64,000 nt of DNA from the human T2T-CHM13v2.0 reference genome, Homo sapiens, in assembly GCF_009914755.1 (NCBI RefSeq), contig NC_060925.1. One strand, given 5' to 3'. This document shows, one piece after another, positions 27,228-43,316 of this stretch (the stretch's first letter is position 1; each line of letters opens with the position of its first letter). Under the pieces are notes generated by a model. That model saw nothing but the letters and a program-made list of their open reading frames with translations. It did not search any database and was not told where the DNA came from. The position numbers and the translations under genes are program-made.

Positions 27228-28415
27228 TGATACGGCAGCAGCAGGCAGTCCTGAGCGGCCGCTGCCATCGCGCCGGCTGCAGCGGAAAGGTACAAGCGGT
27301 GGCGGCAGGAGCCGCTGTGGGAGCAGCAGTGGCGGCAGTGGGAGCCCTGTGCCACGCGTCCCCTGTGCGCCGTGTCCCCAAGGCAGCTGACTACACCTCC
27401 CCCACCCTCCTGCAGCAGGGTGGATCCCACCTAGCGGGACTCCCCACCCACCCCTCCAGGCCTTCTCCACTCCGGACTCTGGCCACTTGCCACCGTTGTC
27501 GCCCGCCGCCGCTGCAGGGAGGGTGCACGGAGGGAGCAGACCGTCTCCGGAGCCCGCCGCCCTGGGGGCTGCAGTGATGGGGCCGGGCTGAGGCACCTGC
27601 CGGCGGGGTAGCAGGGCAGTCGAGCACGGAGGGAGGGGCGGGCCTCCAGGGGACTTCAGCGGGAGCCGGGCCTGGGGCGGTGCCGCACTTGCACACGGAG
27701 TGTGGGGGGCCAGGCCTGGGACCAGGAGCTGGGGCCGGGCTTCGGCGCAGAGGCAGGAAGAGGAAGCGGCACCCGCTTCGGGGACCCAGCCGGCGGCCAG
27801 GCCACCGCGCCCACCCGGCCGATGGCACCGTGTTCCTGCGCCTCGGGAGGAGGCTCTGCGCGGGACTGCAGGTTCTGCCCCGCATCGGAGTGATCGCTGA
27901 GCCTGACGCTCTCGAAGGCTGGGCCTGGGGCCCGCAATCTACTCCGGAGGCTTTCCCACTGGGCAGGGTCGCTAGCAGGGTGAGAGAAAGCCCCGGGCCA
28001 CCCCCGAGTGCCGGGGCCACAGGAAGAATTTGTGGCGACATCATCCCTTCCCCAGGTGCCACCCGGGTGCAGTGAGGACCTGGAGCCCCTGCCCCAGGCT
28101 GTGAGGAGACTTGACCAGAGCTGCCTGAATGCTCCACGGAGCAGGTGGGAGCCCACCCTCCCAGGTGCAGGACCCGGGAGTCTCTGCACTCTGCACCCTC
28201 GGGGGCCCAGGGGACCCCCTTGCCCTTGCAGGCTTGTATCTGCTCCTGCTGCCTAGGCTCTCCCCACTGCCGGCGCCTGCCTGGATCTCGGAGCAGGGTT
28301 GGGGCCGTGCCCCAGCACTGACAGCCCGGCCAGGTGTGTGCACACACGGGGCAGTGCTGATATGCCAGTCACCTGCCACCTCGGCCGCCTCCGGACCTTG
28401 GGCACCAAAAAGCAC
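27228..28415 (+). mobile_element. MER52-family (MER52D-like) ERV1 LTR, 5' part only, CpG-island-like
   Basis: Starts TGATACGGCAGCAGC...GAGCGGCCGCTGCCATCGCGCCGGCTGCAGC, matching my recollection of the MER52 5' end; very GC-rich; no poly(A) signal or CA end before the L1 junction. Confidence 0.75.
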
Positions 28416-28628
28416 TTTTTAAAAATATACTTTTAAGTTATGGGATACATGTGCAGAACGTGCAGGTTTGTTACATAGGTATACACGTGCCATGGTGGTT
28501 TGCTGCACCCATCAACCCGTCATCTACATCAGGTATTTCTCCTAATGTTATCCCTCCTCTAGCCCACCATCCCCTGACAGGCCCCGGTGTGTGATGTTCC
28601 CTTCCCTGTGTCCATGTGTTCTCAATGT

Positions 28629-32430
<3,802 letters not shown>

Positions 32431-32493
32431 TATGATGCTAGCTGGTTATTTTGCCCATTAGTTGTTGCAGTTTCTTCATAGTGTCAATGGTCT

Positions 32494-33515
32494 TTACAAT
32501 TTGTTATGTTTTTACAGTGGCTGGTACCAGTTTTTCCTTTCTGTATTTAGTGCTTCCTTTGGGTGCTCTTGTAAGGCAGGCCTGGTGGTGACAAAATCTC
32601 TCAGCATTTGCTTGTCTGTAAAGGATTTTATTTCTCCTTTGCTTACTAAGCTTAGTTTGGCAGGATATGAAATTCTGAGTTGAAAATTATTTTCTTTAAG
32701 AATGTTGAATATTGGCCCCCACTCTCTTCTGGCTTGTAGGGTTTCTGCAGAGAGATCCACTGTTAGTCTGATGGGCTTCCCTTTGTGGGTAACCTGACCT
32801 TTCTCTCTGGCTGCCCTTAACATTTTTTCCTTTATTTCAACCTTGGCGAATCTGATGATTATGTGTCTTGGGGTTGCTCCTCTCAAGAAGTATCTTTGTG
32901 GTGTTCTTTGTATTTCCCGAATTGAATGCTGGCCTGTCTTGCTAGGTTGGGGAAGTTCTCCTGGATAATATCTTGAAGACTGTTTTCCAACTTGGTTCCA
33001 TTCTCCCCATCACTTTAAGTTACACCAACCAAACATAGGTTCTCCTTTTCACATAGTTCCCATATTTCTTGGAGGTTTTGTTTGTTCTTTTTCACTTTTT
33101 TCTCTAATCTTACCTTCACACTTTATTTCATTCAGTTGATCTTCAATCTCTGATATTCTTTCTTCCACTTGATCAATTCAGCTATTGATACTTGTGCATG
33201 CTTCACGAAGTTCTCGTGCTGTGTTTTTCAGCTCCATCAGGTTATTTATGTTCTTCTCTATTCTGGTTATTCTAGTTAGCAATTTCTCTAACCTTTTTTC
33301 AAGGTTCCTAGCTTCTTTGCATTGGGTTAGAACATGCTCCTTTAGCTCAGAGGAGTTTCTGATTACCCACCTGCTGAAGCCTACTTCTGTCAATTCGTCA
33401 AACTCATTCTCCATCCAGTTTTGTTCCCTTGCTGGCAATGAGTTGTAATCCTTTGGAGTAGAAGAGGCGTTCGGTTTTTGGAATTTTCAGCCTTTTTGAG
33501 CTGGGTTTTCCTCAT
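32494..33515 (-). pseudogene. L1 ORF1, disrupted
   Basis: EQNWMENEFDELTEVGF and TPRHIIIRFAKVEIKEKMLRAAREK...ISYPAKLS fragments. Confidence 0.9.
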
Positions 33516-34829
33516 CTTCATGGATTTATCTACCTTTGGTCTTTGATGTTGGTGATCTTCAGATGGTGTTTTTGTGTGAACGTCCTTTTTGTTGATGTTG
33601 ATGCTATTCCTTTCTGTTTGTTAGTTTTCCTTCTAACAGTCAGGCCTCTCTGCTGCAGGCCTGCTGGAGTTTGCTGGAGGTCCATTCCAGACCCTGTTTG
33701 CCTGGGTATCACCAGCGGAGGCTGCAGAACAGCAAAGATTGCTGCCTGTTCCTTCCTCTGGAAACTTCGTTCCAGAAGGGCACCTGCCAGATACCAGCCA
33801 GAGCTCTCCTGTATGAGGTGTCTGTCGACCCCTGCTGGGAGTTGTCTCCCAGTCAGGAGGCATGGGGGTCAGGGTCCCACTTGAGGAGGCAGTCTGTCCC
33901 TTAGCAGAGCTCGAGCGCTGTGCTGGGAGATCTGCTGCTCTCTTCAGAGCCAGCAGGCAGGAGCCTTTAAGTCTGCTGAAGTTGTGCCCACAGCCGCCAG
34001 GTGCTCTGTCCCAGGAAGATGGAAGTTTTATCTATAAGCCCCTGACTGGGGCTGCTGTCTTTCTTTCAGAGATGCTCTTCCCAGAGAGGAGGAACCTAGA
34101 AAGCCAGTCTGGCTACAGCAGCTTTGCTGAGCTGGTGGGCTCCACCCAGTTTGAACCTCCTGGCAGCTTTGTTTACACTGTGAGGGGAAAACCGCCTATT
34201 CAAGCTTCAGTAATGGCAGATGCCCCTCCCCCGACCTAGCTCAAGTGTCCCAGGTCAACTTCAGACTGCTATGCTGGCAGCGAGAATTTCAAGCCAGTGG
34301 ATCTTAGTTTGCTGGGCTCCATCAGGGTGGGATCCATTGAGCTAGACCACTTGGCTCCCAGGCTTCAATCCCCTTTCCAAGGCAGTGAATGGTTCTGTCT
34401 CCCATTCCAGGTGCCACTGAGGTATGAAAAAAAAACTCCTGCAGCTAGCTTGGCGTCTGCCCAAACGGCTGCCCAGTTTTGTGCTTGAAACCCAGGGCTC
34501 TGGTGGTGTAGGCACCCGAGGGAATCTGCTGGTCTGCAGGTTGCAAAGACCATGGCAAAAGCATAGTATCTGGGCTGGAATGCATTGTTCCTCATGGCAC
34601 AGTCCCTCATGGCTTCCCTTGGCCAGGGGAGGGAGTTCCCCAACCCCTTGCACTTCCTGGGTTTGCTTTGGCTCACCCTCTGGGGGCTGCACCCACTGTC
34701 TAACGAGTCCTGATTAAATGAGCCAGGTACCTCAGTTGGAAATGCAGAAATCACCTGCCTTCTGCGTTGATCTTGCTGGGAGCTGCAGACCAGATCTGTT
34801 CCTATACGGCCATCTTGTCAGCCACCTAT

Positions 34830-34960
34830 ATGACATTTTTTTCCCAGTCATCCGTTGATGGTTGATGGACCCTTAGGTTGATTCTATATTTTTGATATTG
34901 TAAATAGCACTGTGAGAAACATATGAATGCAAGTATCCTCTGGATATAATGACCTCTTTT
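34830..34960 (-). mobile_element. L1MA-like fragment
   Basis: acattttt...catccgttgatgg...ttaggttgattctatatt...tattgtaaatagcactg. Confidence 0.6.
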
Positions 34961-36473
34961 TAAAGAGCTTGTATCTTTGTTTATCCTACTTTATCAAGAG
35001 CCAGATCTTTGCTCTACCAAATTTATATTCTGACTGAAGTTATCTGATACCCCAAAACTGGTTACTTCAGTAACTAAAAGCTAGTAAAATTCATCATTTG
35101 GAGGAATGTAGACCAAATTTGATTCTTTTCATTTTTTAAAAAGTCAGTTTGTTGATCTCATGTAGGAATCTAAATATTAATGTTAATAAATTAATTTACT
35201 GAGGAAGTTTATTGAGACACACTAAAGGCTCTCTTCAGTGAAAGACACTTATTTGCCCTCATAATGTCTGTACGTCTGTGCTTTCTGAACACAAAGTCCA
35301 TGAAAATTTTGTCCAAACTTTTAATGAAGAGGCAAGACATTGTCTCCAAATGTGCAGTCTCTGAAAATGATCATCTTCTCTTTCTTGAGAGGAAGAGAAA
35401 TCTTGAGTAGTATTAACTCAAGTTTTATCCCAAGCCACTTTAACACAGCAAGCAGTCATTGAGATCTAATAAGCATCAAGTTGATTTGCTTCCAAATCAA
35501 CATACTTCTGGAGCTAAAAATAATGGGGACAAAAAGTTATTGTTGTTTGTTTTCTCTAGTCTTAGTTATTTTAAAAATATAGAGCAGATAGGATTTATCA
35601 CCACACAGATGTAAACATAAGCAATAATACATGCACCCTATTTATTGGATTATCTTAATAATAGTTTATAGCTTTTTATAGCTTAAATGTCATTTTTACA
35701 TTCGTTATCTTATTTCTTATCATAAAAAATACTTTGAAGTCAAAAAGGAAAACATTCTTATTTTTACTTTAAAAGTCAGCACCTGAATGAAACCCAGAGC
35801 AGTTTAGCAAGACGTCCAAAGTCAGACAGCTGTTAAGTGGCAGAATGGAAATTCAGATTCAGATCTCTGAATCACCACATAACCTAGAATGTTGTCATTC
35901 TAATAAATGAAAAATATGACTCTGAATGTTTGTCATTATTTAGCCTGGCTCCTAAATGTAGATTCACTTTCTAATCCTAATAAAATGAGTCCCTTTGGAC
36001 TGTTTATTAAGGAACCTTCAGGGGCATCTCAACAGTACCCCGGATTAGAGTACAACCGAGAAACAAGTTCCAGGAAGAATTATCTTAGAGTCACAGGAGA
36101 CACAGGTTCAAGGAATGGGCAGCTCTTACTGCTTTTGCTAAGTAGGTCCATGGAAGGCAGGTTGGGTTTCTTGAAGGAATGACTGCAGTTTACCCATTGC
36201 CTCCCAACTGACCATTATTATACAACAGTTTGCAGGAAAACAGACACATTTCTTTTCAGCCAGATTACTATTTGTATTTCCTATCAGCATTAAAGTAAAT
36301 AAATGCCATTTAGATGGCTTTTCATGAGTGACACCAATAATTTGACTCACGTAGTGAAAACAACAACATCATAAAAATAGAAGTCAAACAACTCAGTTGG
36401 AAGAGTAGACAGAGGCTAGAGATGAAAACAATGAAGATCCTCTTTGAAATGCTTGCAATGTAGTTCTTGGTGA

Positions 36474-37000
36474 TGAAGGAGTTAAGAATATGCCATCCCC
36501 AAAATATGCTGCTCTGGCATCATGATTATTGCTGTTCAAGGTATTTAAAAAACAGTAGTTGCAAAAAAATCTCTCTGACCATTTTTGTGTTTCTTAAAAG
36601 CAGGAGGAAGCATTCCCATGTGAAAGATGAGCTCCCTATAAAAGCAACGCTCTTATCATCGAGAACAGAAAGTTGAAGCCAAGAGAGAGCTCCACAAGCT
36701 GACCTTGTTAAACTAACCCTTATCTTCTTAGTCGCTTCTTTACCCAATTAACTACCCTAGCCGAAGCCCCTTTGCCTTATTACATTTTGCAACAGTGTTC
36801 GTTGTCCAATTCAGTATACAAGTGAGTGACTCTGGATGCTTTTTGGGGTCTTCGTTTCCTTATGAGGGCTTCTGTGCCATGTAAAACTTGTATTAAATAA
36901 ATTTGTATGCTTTTCTCCTGTTAATCTGTCTATATCGATTGAACTTTAGGGTCCAGTCAGAACCCAAAGAGGATGGAGGTGGAGTTTTGGCTCCTCTACA
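36474..37000 (+). mobile_element. MER34-family ERV1 solo LTR
   Basis: TGAAGGAGTTAAGAATATGCCATCCCCAAAATATGC start; AATAAA; ...TTTTGGCTCCTCTACA end. Confidence 0.75.
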
Positions 37001-37320
37001 GCTATCTGAATAATCAAAATTCAAGATATTCCATGTTCTTTCTGAGTTTCTTTGAAATTAAAAATGCAGACAACCACTCAACTAATACGTCAGCGAGATA
37101 CGTTTTCTGTCCCTATTGCCTTACTGATGAAATTGCCTTTATTCATAAAAAATAAATGTGGGAGTCTTGTTTATTTATTTCTAATGACATTAACTTGACA
37201 TTAACCTTGGTGCTCTTGGGAACCATAAATGGGCCCTGTACTACTTGTTACAGAGTATAAATTCCCAGAACTACAAGTACATCATATTCCTCAAGTTACT
37301 GAAGAATTTCATGATCCATG

Positions 37321-37723
37321 TGTCAGGCCTCTGAGCCCAAGCTAAGTCATCATATCCCCTGTGACCTGCACGTATACATCCAGATGGCCGGTTCCTGCCT
37401 TAACTGATGACATTCCACCACAAAAGAAGTGAAAATGGCCTGTTCCTGCCTTAACTGATGACATTGTCTTGTGAAATTCCTTCTCCTGGCTCATCCTGGC
37501 TCAAAAGCTCCCCCACTGAATACCTTGTGACCCCCAACTCCTGCCCGCCAGAGAGCCACCCCCCTTTTTCCTTTACCTACCCAAGTCCTATAAAACAGCG
37601 CCACCCCTATCTCCCTTTGCTGACTCTCTTTTCGGACTCAGCCCACTTGCACCCAGGTGATTAAAAGCTTTATTGCTCACACAAAGCCTGTTTGGTGGTC
37701 TCTTCACACAGACCCACATGAAA
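37321..37723 (+). promoter_or_regulatory. HERV-H 5' LTR7 (promoter/enhancer)
   Basis: TGTCAGGCCTCTGAGCCCAAG start; duplicated TTCCTGCCTTAACTGATGACATT; ACAAAAGA; TATAAAA at 37589-37595; ATTAAA. Confidence 0.93.
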
Positions 37724-37725
37724 TT

Positions 37726-37743
37726 TGGTACCGTGACTCGGAT
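37726..37743 (+). other. Primer binding site, tRNA-His
   Basis: TGGTACCGTGACTCGGAT, one mismatch to TGGTGCCGTGACTCGGAT. Confidence 0.9.
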
Positions 37744-37866
37744 CAGGGGACCTCCCATGGGAGATCAATCCCCTGTCCTCCTTCTCTTTGCTCTGTGAGA
37801 AAGATCCACCTACAACCTCAGGTCCTCAGACCGACCAGCCCAAGAAACATCTCACCAATTTCAAAT

Positions 37867-37875
37867 CTGGTAAGC
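37867..37875 (+). promoter_or_regulatory. HERV-H major splice donor
   Basis: CTG|GTAAGC at the canonical leader position, ~150 nt after the LTR; GT at 37870-37871. Confidence 0.8.
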
Positions 37876-38329
37876 GGCCTCTTTTTACTCTCCTCTCCAA
37901 CCTCCCTCACTATCCCTCAACTGCTTTCTCTTTTCAATCTTGGTGCCACACTTCAATCTCTCCCTTCTCTTAATTTCAATTCCTTTCATTTTCTGGTAGA
38001 GACAAAGGAGACACATTTTATCCATGGACCCAAAACCCCGGTGCTGGTCACGGACTGGGAAGGCAGCCTTCCCTTGGTGTTTAATCATTGCAGGGACGCC
38101 TCTCTGATTATTCACCCATGTTTCAGAGGTGTCAGACCACACAGGGATGCCTGCCTTGGTCCTTCACCCTTAGCGGCAAGACCCGCTTTTCTGGAGGAGG
38201 GGCAAGTACCCCAACCCCTTCTCTCCGTGTCTCTACCCCTTCTCTGCTTTTCTGGGGGAGGGACAAGAACCCCTCAACCCCTTCTCCTTCACCCTTAGCA
38301 GCAAGTCCCGCTTTTCTAGGGGGCAAGAA

Positions 38330-38570
38330 CCCCCAATCCCTTATTTCTGCACCCCAATCTCTTATCTCTGTGCCCCAATCCCTTATTCCATGCCCCAACC
38401 TCTTATCTCTGTACCCCAATCCCTTATTTCCATGCCCCAACCTCCTATCTCTGCACCCCGATCCCTAATTTCCACACCCCAATCTCTTATCTCTGTGCCC
38501 CAATCCCTTATTTCCATGCCCTGACGTCCTATCTCTGTGCCCCAACACGTTATTTCCACACCCCGACCCC
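38330..38570 (+). repeat. HERV-H leader tandem repeat (~20-21-bp units)
   Basis: Alternating CCCCAATCCCTTATTTC / CCCCAA(T/C)CTCTTATCTCTG units. Confidence 0.85.
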
Positions 38571-38877
38571 TTTCCCACTTTTCTGGAGGGTAAGAACCCC
38601 CGAACCCCTTCCCTCCGTGTCTCTACTCTCTCTTTTCTCTGGGCTTGCTTCCTTCACTATGGGCAACCTTCCACCCTCCATTCCTCCTTCTTCTCCCTTA
38701 GCCTGTGTTCTCAAGAACTTAAAACCTCTTCAACTCACACCTGACCTAAAGCCTAAATGCCTTATTTTCTTCTACAATGCTGCTTGACCCCAATACAAAC
38801 TCAACAGTGGTTTCAAATAGCCAGAAAACGGCACTTCCATTTTTTCCATCCTACAAGATCTAAATAATTCTTGTTGT

Positions 38878-39880
38878 AAAATGGGCAAATGGTCTGAGGT
38901 GCCTGACGTCCAGGCATTCTTTTACACATCAGTCCCTCCCTAGTCTCTGTTCCCAATGCAACTTGTCCCAAATCTTCCTTCTTTCCCTCCCGCCTGTCCC
39001 CTCAGTCCCAACCCCAAGCATCGCCGAGTCTTTCTAATCTTCCTTTTCTACACACCCATCTGACCTCTCCCCTCCTCGCCAGGCCGAGCCAGGTCCCAAT
39101 TTTTCCTCAGCCTCCACTCCTCCACTCTATAATCGTTTTATCATCTCCCCTCCTCATACCCGGTCCGGCTTACAGTTTCATTCCATGACTAGCCCTCCCC
39201 CACCTGCCCAGCAATTTACCTTAAAAAGGTGGCTGGAGCTAAAGGCATAGTCAAGGTTAATGCTCCTTTTTCTTTATCCCAAATCAGACAGCGTTTAGGC
39301 TCTTTTTCATCAAATATAAAAATCCAGCCCAGTTCATGGCTTGTTTGGCAGCAACCCTGAGATGCTTTATAGCCCTAGACCCTAAAAACTCAAAAGGCCG
39401 TCTTATTCTCAATATACATTTTATTACCCAATCTGCTCCCGACATTAAATAAAACTCCAAAAATTAAATTCCAGCCCTCAAACCCCACAACAGGACTTAA
39501 TTAACCTCGCCTTCAAGGTGTGCAATAATAGAGTAGAGGCAGCCAAGTAGCAACATATTTCTGAGTTGCAATTCCTTGCCTCCACTGTGAGACAAACCCC
39601 AGCCACATCTCCAGCACACAAGAACTTCCAAACGCCTAAACCGCAGTGGCCAGGCGTTCCCCCAGAACGCCGCTACAAGTGCCAGAAATCTGGCCACCAG
39701 GCCAAGGAATGCCCGCAGCCCAGGATTGCTCCTAAGCCATGTCCCATCTGTGCAGGACCCCACTGGAAATCGGACTGTTCAACTCACCTGGCATCCACTC
39801 CCAGAGCCCCTGGAACTCTGGCCCAAGGCTCTCTGACTGACTTCTTCCCAGATCTTCTCGGCTTAGCAGCTGAAGACTGA
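38878..39880 (+). pseudogene. HERV-H gag remnant with two zinc knuckles
   Basis: RYKCQKSGHQAKEC (first Cys lost) and CPICAGPHWKSDC in ORF 39566-39880; start approximate. Confidence 0.8.
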
Positions 39881-39939
39881 CGCTGCCCGATTGCCTCAGA
39901 AGCCCCGTAGACCATCATGGACGCCGAGCTTTAGGTAAC

Positions 39940-42300
39940 TCTCACAGTGGAGGGTAAGCCCATCCCCTTCTTAATACAGAGGCTACTCACTCCACATTAC
40001 CTTCTTTTCAAGGGCCTGTTTCCCTTGCCTCCATAACTGTTGTGGGTATTGACAGCCAGGCTTCTAAACCTCTTAAAACTCCCCAACTCTGGTGCCAACT
40101 TTGACAATACTCTTTTAAGCACTCCTTTTAGTTATCCCCACCTGCCCAGTTCCCTTATTAGGCCGAGACACTTTAACTAAATTATCTGCTTCCCTGACTA
40201 TTCCTGGATTACAGCTACATCTCATTGCTGCCCTTCTTCCCAATCCAAAGCCTCCTTTGCGTCCTCCTCTTGTATCCCCCCACCTTAACCCACAAGTATA
40301 GGATACCTCTACTCCCTCCTTGGCTACTGATCATGCACCCCTTACCATCTCATTAAAACCTAATCACCCTTACCCCCGCTCAATGCCAATATCCCATCCC
40401 ACAGCATGCTTTGAAAGGATTAAAGCCTGTTATCACTCACCTGCTACAGCATGGCCTTTTAAAGTCTATAAACTCTCCTTACAATTCCCCCATTTTACCT
40501 GTCCTGAAACCAGACAAACCTTACAAGTGAGTTCAGGATCTATGCCTTATCAACCAAATTGTTTTGCCTATCCACCCCATGGTGCCAAACCCATATATTG
40601 CCCTATCCTCAATACCTCCCTCCACAATCCATTATTCTATTCTGGATCTCAAACCTGCTTTCTTTACTATTCCTTTGCACCCTTCATCCCAGCCTCTCTT
40701 CACTTTCACTTGGATTGACCCTGACACCCATCAGGCTCAGCAAATTACCTGGGCTGTACTGCCACAAAGCTTCACAGACAGCCCCCATTACTTCAGTCAA
40801 GCCCAAATTTCTTCCTTATCTGTTACCTATCTCAGCATAATTCTCATAAAAACACACGTGCTCTCCCTGCTGATCATGTCCGACTAATCTCTCAAACCCC
40901 AATCCCTTCTACAAAACAACAACTCCTTTCCTTCCTGGGCATGGTTGGATACTTTCACCTTTGGATACCTGGTTTTGCCATCCTAAAAAAACCATTATGT
41001 AAACTCACAAAAGGAAACTTAGCTGACCCCATAGATCCTAAATCCTTTCCCCACTCCTCTTTCCGTTCCTTGAAGACAGCTTTAGAGACTGCCCCCATCC
41101 TAGCTCTCCCTAACTCATCCCAACCCTTTCCATTACACACAGCTGAAGTGCAGGGTTGTGCAGTCGGAATTCTTACACAAGGACCGGGATCACGTCCTGT
41201 AGCCTTTTTGTCCAAACAACTTGACCTTACTGTTTTAAGCTGGCCATTATGTCTCCGTGCAGTGGCTGCTGCCGCCCTAATACTTCTAGAGGCCCTTAAA
41301 ATCACAAACTATGCTCAACTCACTCTCTACAGCTCTCGTAATTTCCTTAATCTATTTTCTTCCTCACACCTGATGCATATACTTTCTGCTTCCTGGCTCC
41401 TTCAGCTGTACCCACTCTTTGTTGAGTCTCCCACAATTACCATTGCTCCTGGCCCGGACTTCAATCCGGCCTCCCACATTATTCCTGATACCACACCTGA
41501 CCCTCATGACTGCATCTCTCTGATCCACCTGACGTTCACCCCATTTCCCCACATTTCCTTCTTCCCTGTTCTTCACCCTGATCACGCTTGATTTATTGAT
41601 GGCAGTTCCACCAGGCCTAATCGCCACACACCAGCAAAGGCAAGCTATGCTATAGTACAAGTCACTAGCCCGCCTCTTAAAACCTCTCATTTCCTTTCCA
41701 TCGTAGAAATCTATCCTCAAGGAAATAACTTCTCAGTGTTCCATCTGCTATTCTACTACTCCTCAGGGATTATTCAGGCCCCCTCCCTTCCCTACACATC
41801 AAGCTCGGGGATTTGCCCCCGCCCAGGACTGGCAAATTAGCTTTACTCAACATGCCCTGAGTCAGAAAAACTAAAATACCTCTTAGTCTAAGTAGACACT
41901 TTCACTGGATAGGTAGAGGCCTTTTCTACAGGGTCTGAGAAGGCCACCGCAGTCATTTCTTCCCTTCTGTCAGACATAATTCCTCAGTTTAGCCTTCCCA
42001 CCTCTATACAGTCTGACAACAGACCAGCCTTTATTAGTCAAATCAGCCCAGCAGTTTTTCAGGCTCTTGGTATTCACTGAAACCTTTATATCCCTTACAG
42101 TCCTCGGTCTTCAGGAAAAGTAGAACAGACTAAAGGTCTTTTAAAAACACACCTCACCAAGCTCAGCCACCAACTTAAAAAGGAATGGACAATATTTTTA
42201 CCACTTTCCCTTCTCAGAATTCAGGCCTGTCCTCAGAATGCTACAAGGTACAGCCCACTTGAGCTCCCGTATAGATGCTCCTTTTTCTTAGGTCGTAGTC
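39940..42300 (+). pseudogene. HERV-H pro-pol remnants (RT, RNase H, integrase), disrupted
   Basis: YSILDLKPAFFTIPLHPSSQPLF, WAVLPQSFTDSPHYF, RPVAFLSKQLD; integrase-like ...cagtctgacaacagaccagccttt; multiple stops and deletions. Confidence 0.85.
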
Positions 42301-42913
42301 TCATTCCAGACACCAGACCAACTTGGACTTTGTCCCAAAAAACTTGTCATCCCTACTGTCTTCTGTCTAGTCATACTCCTATTCACCATTCTCAACTACT
42401 CATACATGCCCTGCTCTTGTTTACACTGCCAGTTTACACTGTTTCTCCAAGCCATCACAGCTGATATCTCCTGGTGCTATCCCCAAACCACCACTCTTAA
42501 CTCTTAAAGTAAATAAATAATCTTTGCTGGCAAGGCTATGCTGAACCTCCTTAGGCACTCTCTAATTAGATGTCCTGGTTCCTCCCAATTCTTAGTCCTT
42601 TAATACCTGTTTTTCTCCTTCTCTTATTCTGTTTAGTTTTTCATTTCATACAAAACTGTATCCAGGCCATCACCAATAATTCTAAATGACAAATGTTTCT
42701 TCTAACAGTCCCACAATATCACCCCTTTCCACAAAATCTTCCTTCAGCTTAATCTCTCCCACTCTAGGTTCCCATGCTGCCCCTAATCCTGCTCGAAGCA
42801 GTCCTGAGAAACATCGCCCATTATCTCTCCATACCATCCCCCCAAATTTTTGCCGTCCCAACACTTTACCACTATCTCATTTTATTTTTCTTATTAATAT
42901 AAGAAGACAGGAA

Positions 42914-43316
42914 TGTCAGGCCTCTGAGTCCAAGTTAAGCCATCATATCCCCTATGACCTGCACGTACACATCCAGATGGCCGGTTCCTGCCTTAACTGA
43001 TGACATTCCACCACAAAAGAAGTGAAAATGGCCTGTTCCTGCCTTAACTGATGACATTGTCTTGTGAAATTCCTTCTCCTGGCTCATCCTGGCTCAAAAC
43101 CTCTCCCACTGAGTACCTTGTGACCCCCCACTCCTGCCCGCCAGAGAACAACCCCCCTTTTTCCTTTACCTACCCAAATCCTATAAAACGGCCCCACCCC
43201 TATCTCCCTTTGCTGACTCTCTTTTCAGACTCAGCCCGCCTGCGCCCAGGTGATTAAAAGGTTTACTGCTCACACAAAGCCTGTTTGGTGGTCTCTTCAC
43301 ATGGACGCGCATGAAA
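42914..43316 (+). mobile_element. HERV-H 3' LTR7
   Basis: Colinear with the 5' LTR, about 24 substitutions by hand count, no indels seen. Confidence 0.95.

Larger units (their letters stand above)
37321..43316 (+). mobile_element. HERV-H provirus (~6.0 kb deleted type) with two LTR7s
   Basis: Two 403-bp LTRs, tRNA-His PBS, gag and pol remnants, PPT-like AAGAAGACAGGAA, and CATG on both flanks (37317-37320, 43317-43320). Confidence 0.97.

Noticed and set aside
27194-28422. Cluster of long overlapping GC-rich ORFs (up to 318 aa)
   Set aside because: They lie on both strands within a GC-rich LTR, where stop codons are rare; the peptides are Pro/Gly/Ala/Arg-rich with no recognisable domain.
38330-38570. 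Short repeat array that could be mistaken for CRISPR
   Set aside because: The DNA is eukaryotic, there are no unique spacers, and it is the HERV-H leader tandem repeat.
40941-41591. 216-aa open HERV-H pol fragment as a possible domesticated gene
   Set aside because: It is only a partial RT-connection fragment bounded by deletions and stops; open stretches of this length are common in HERV-H.
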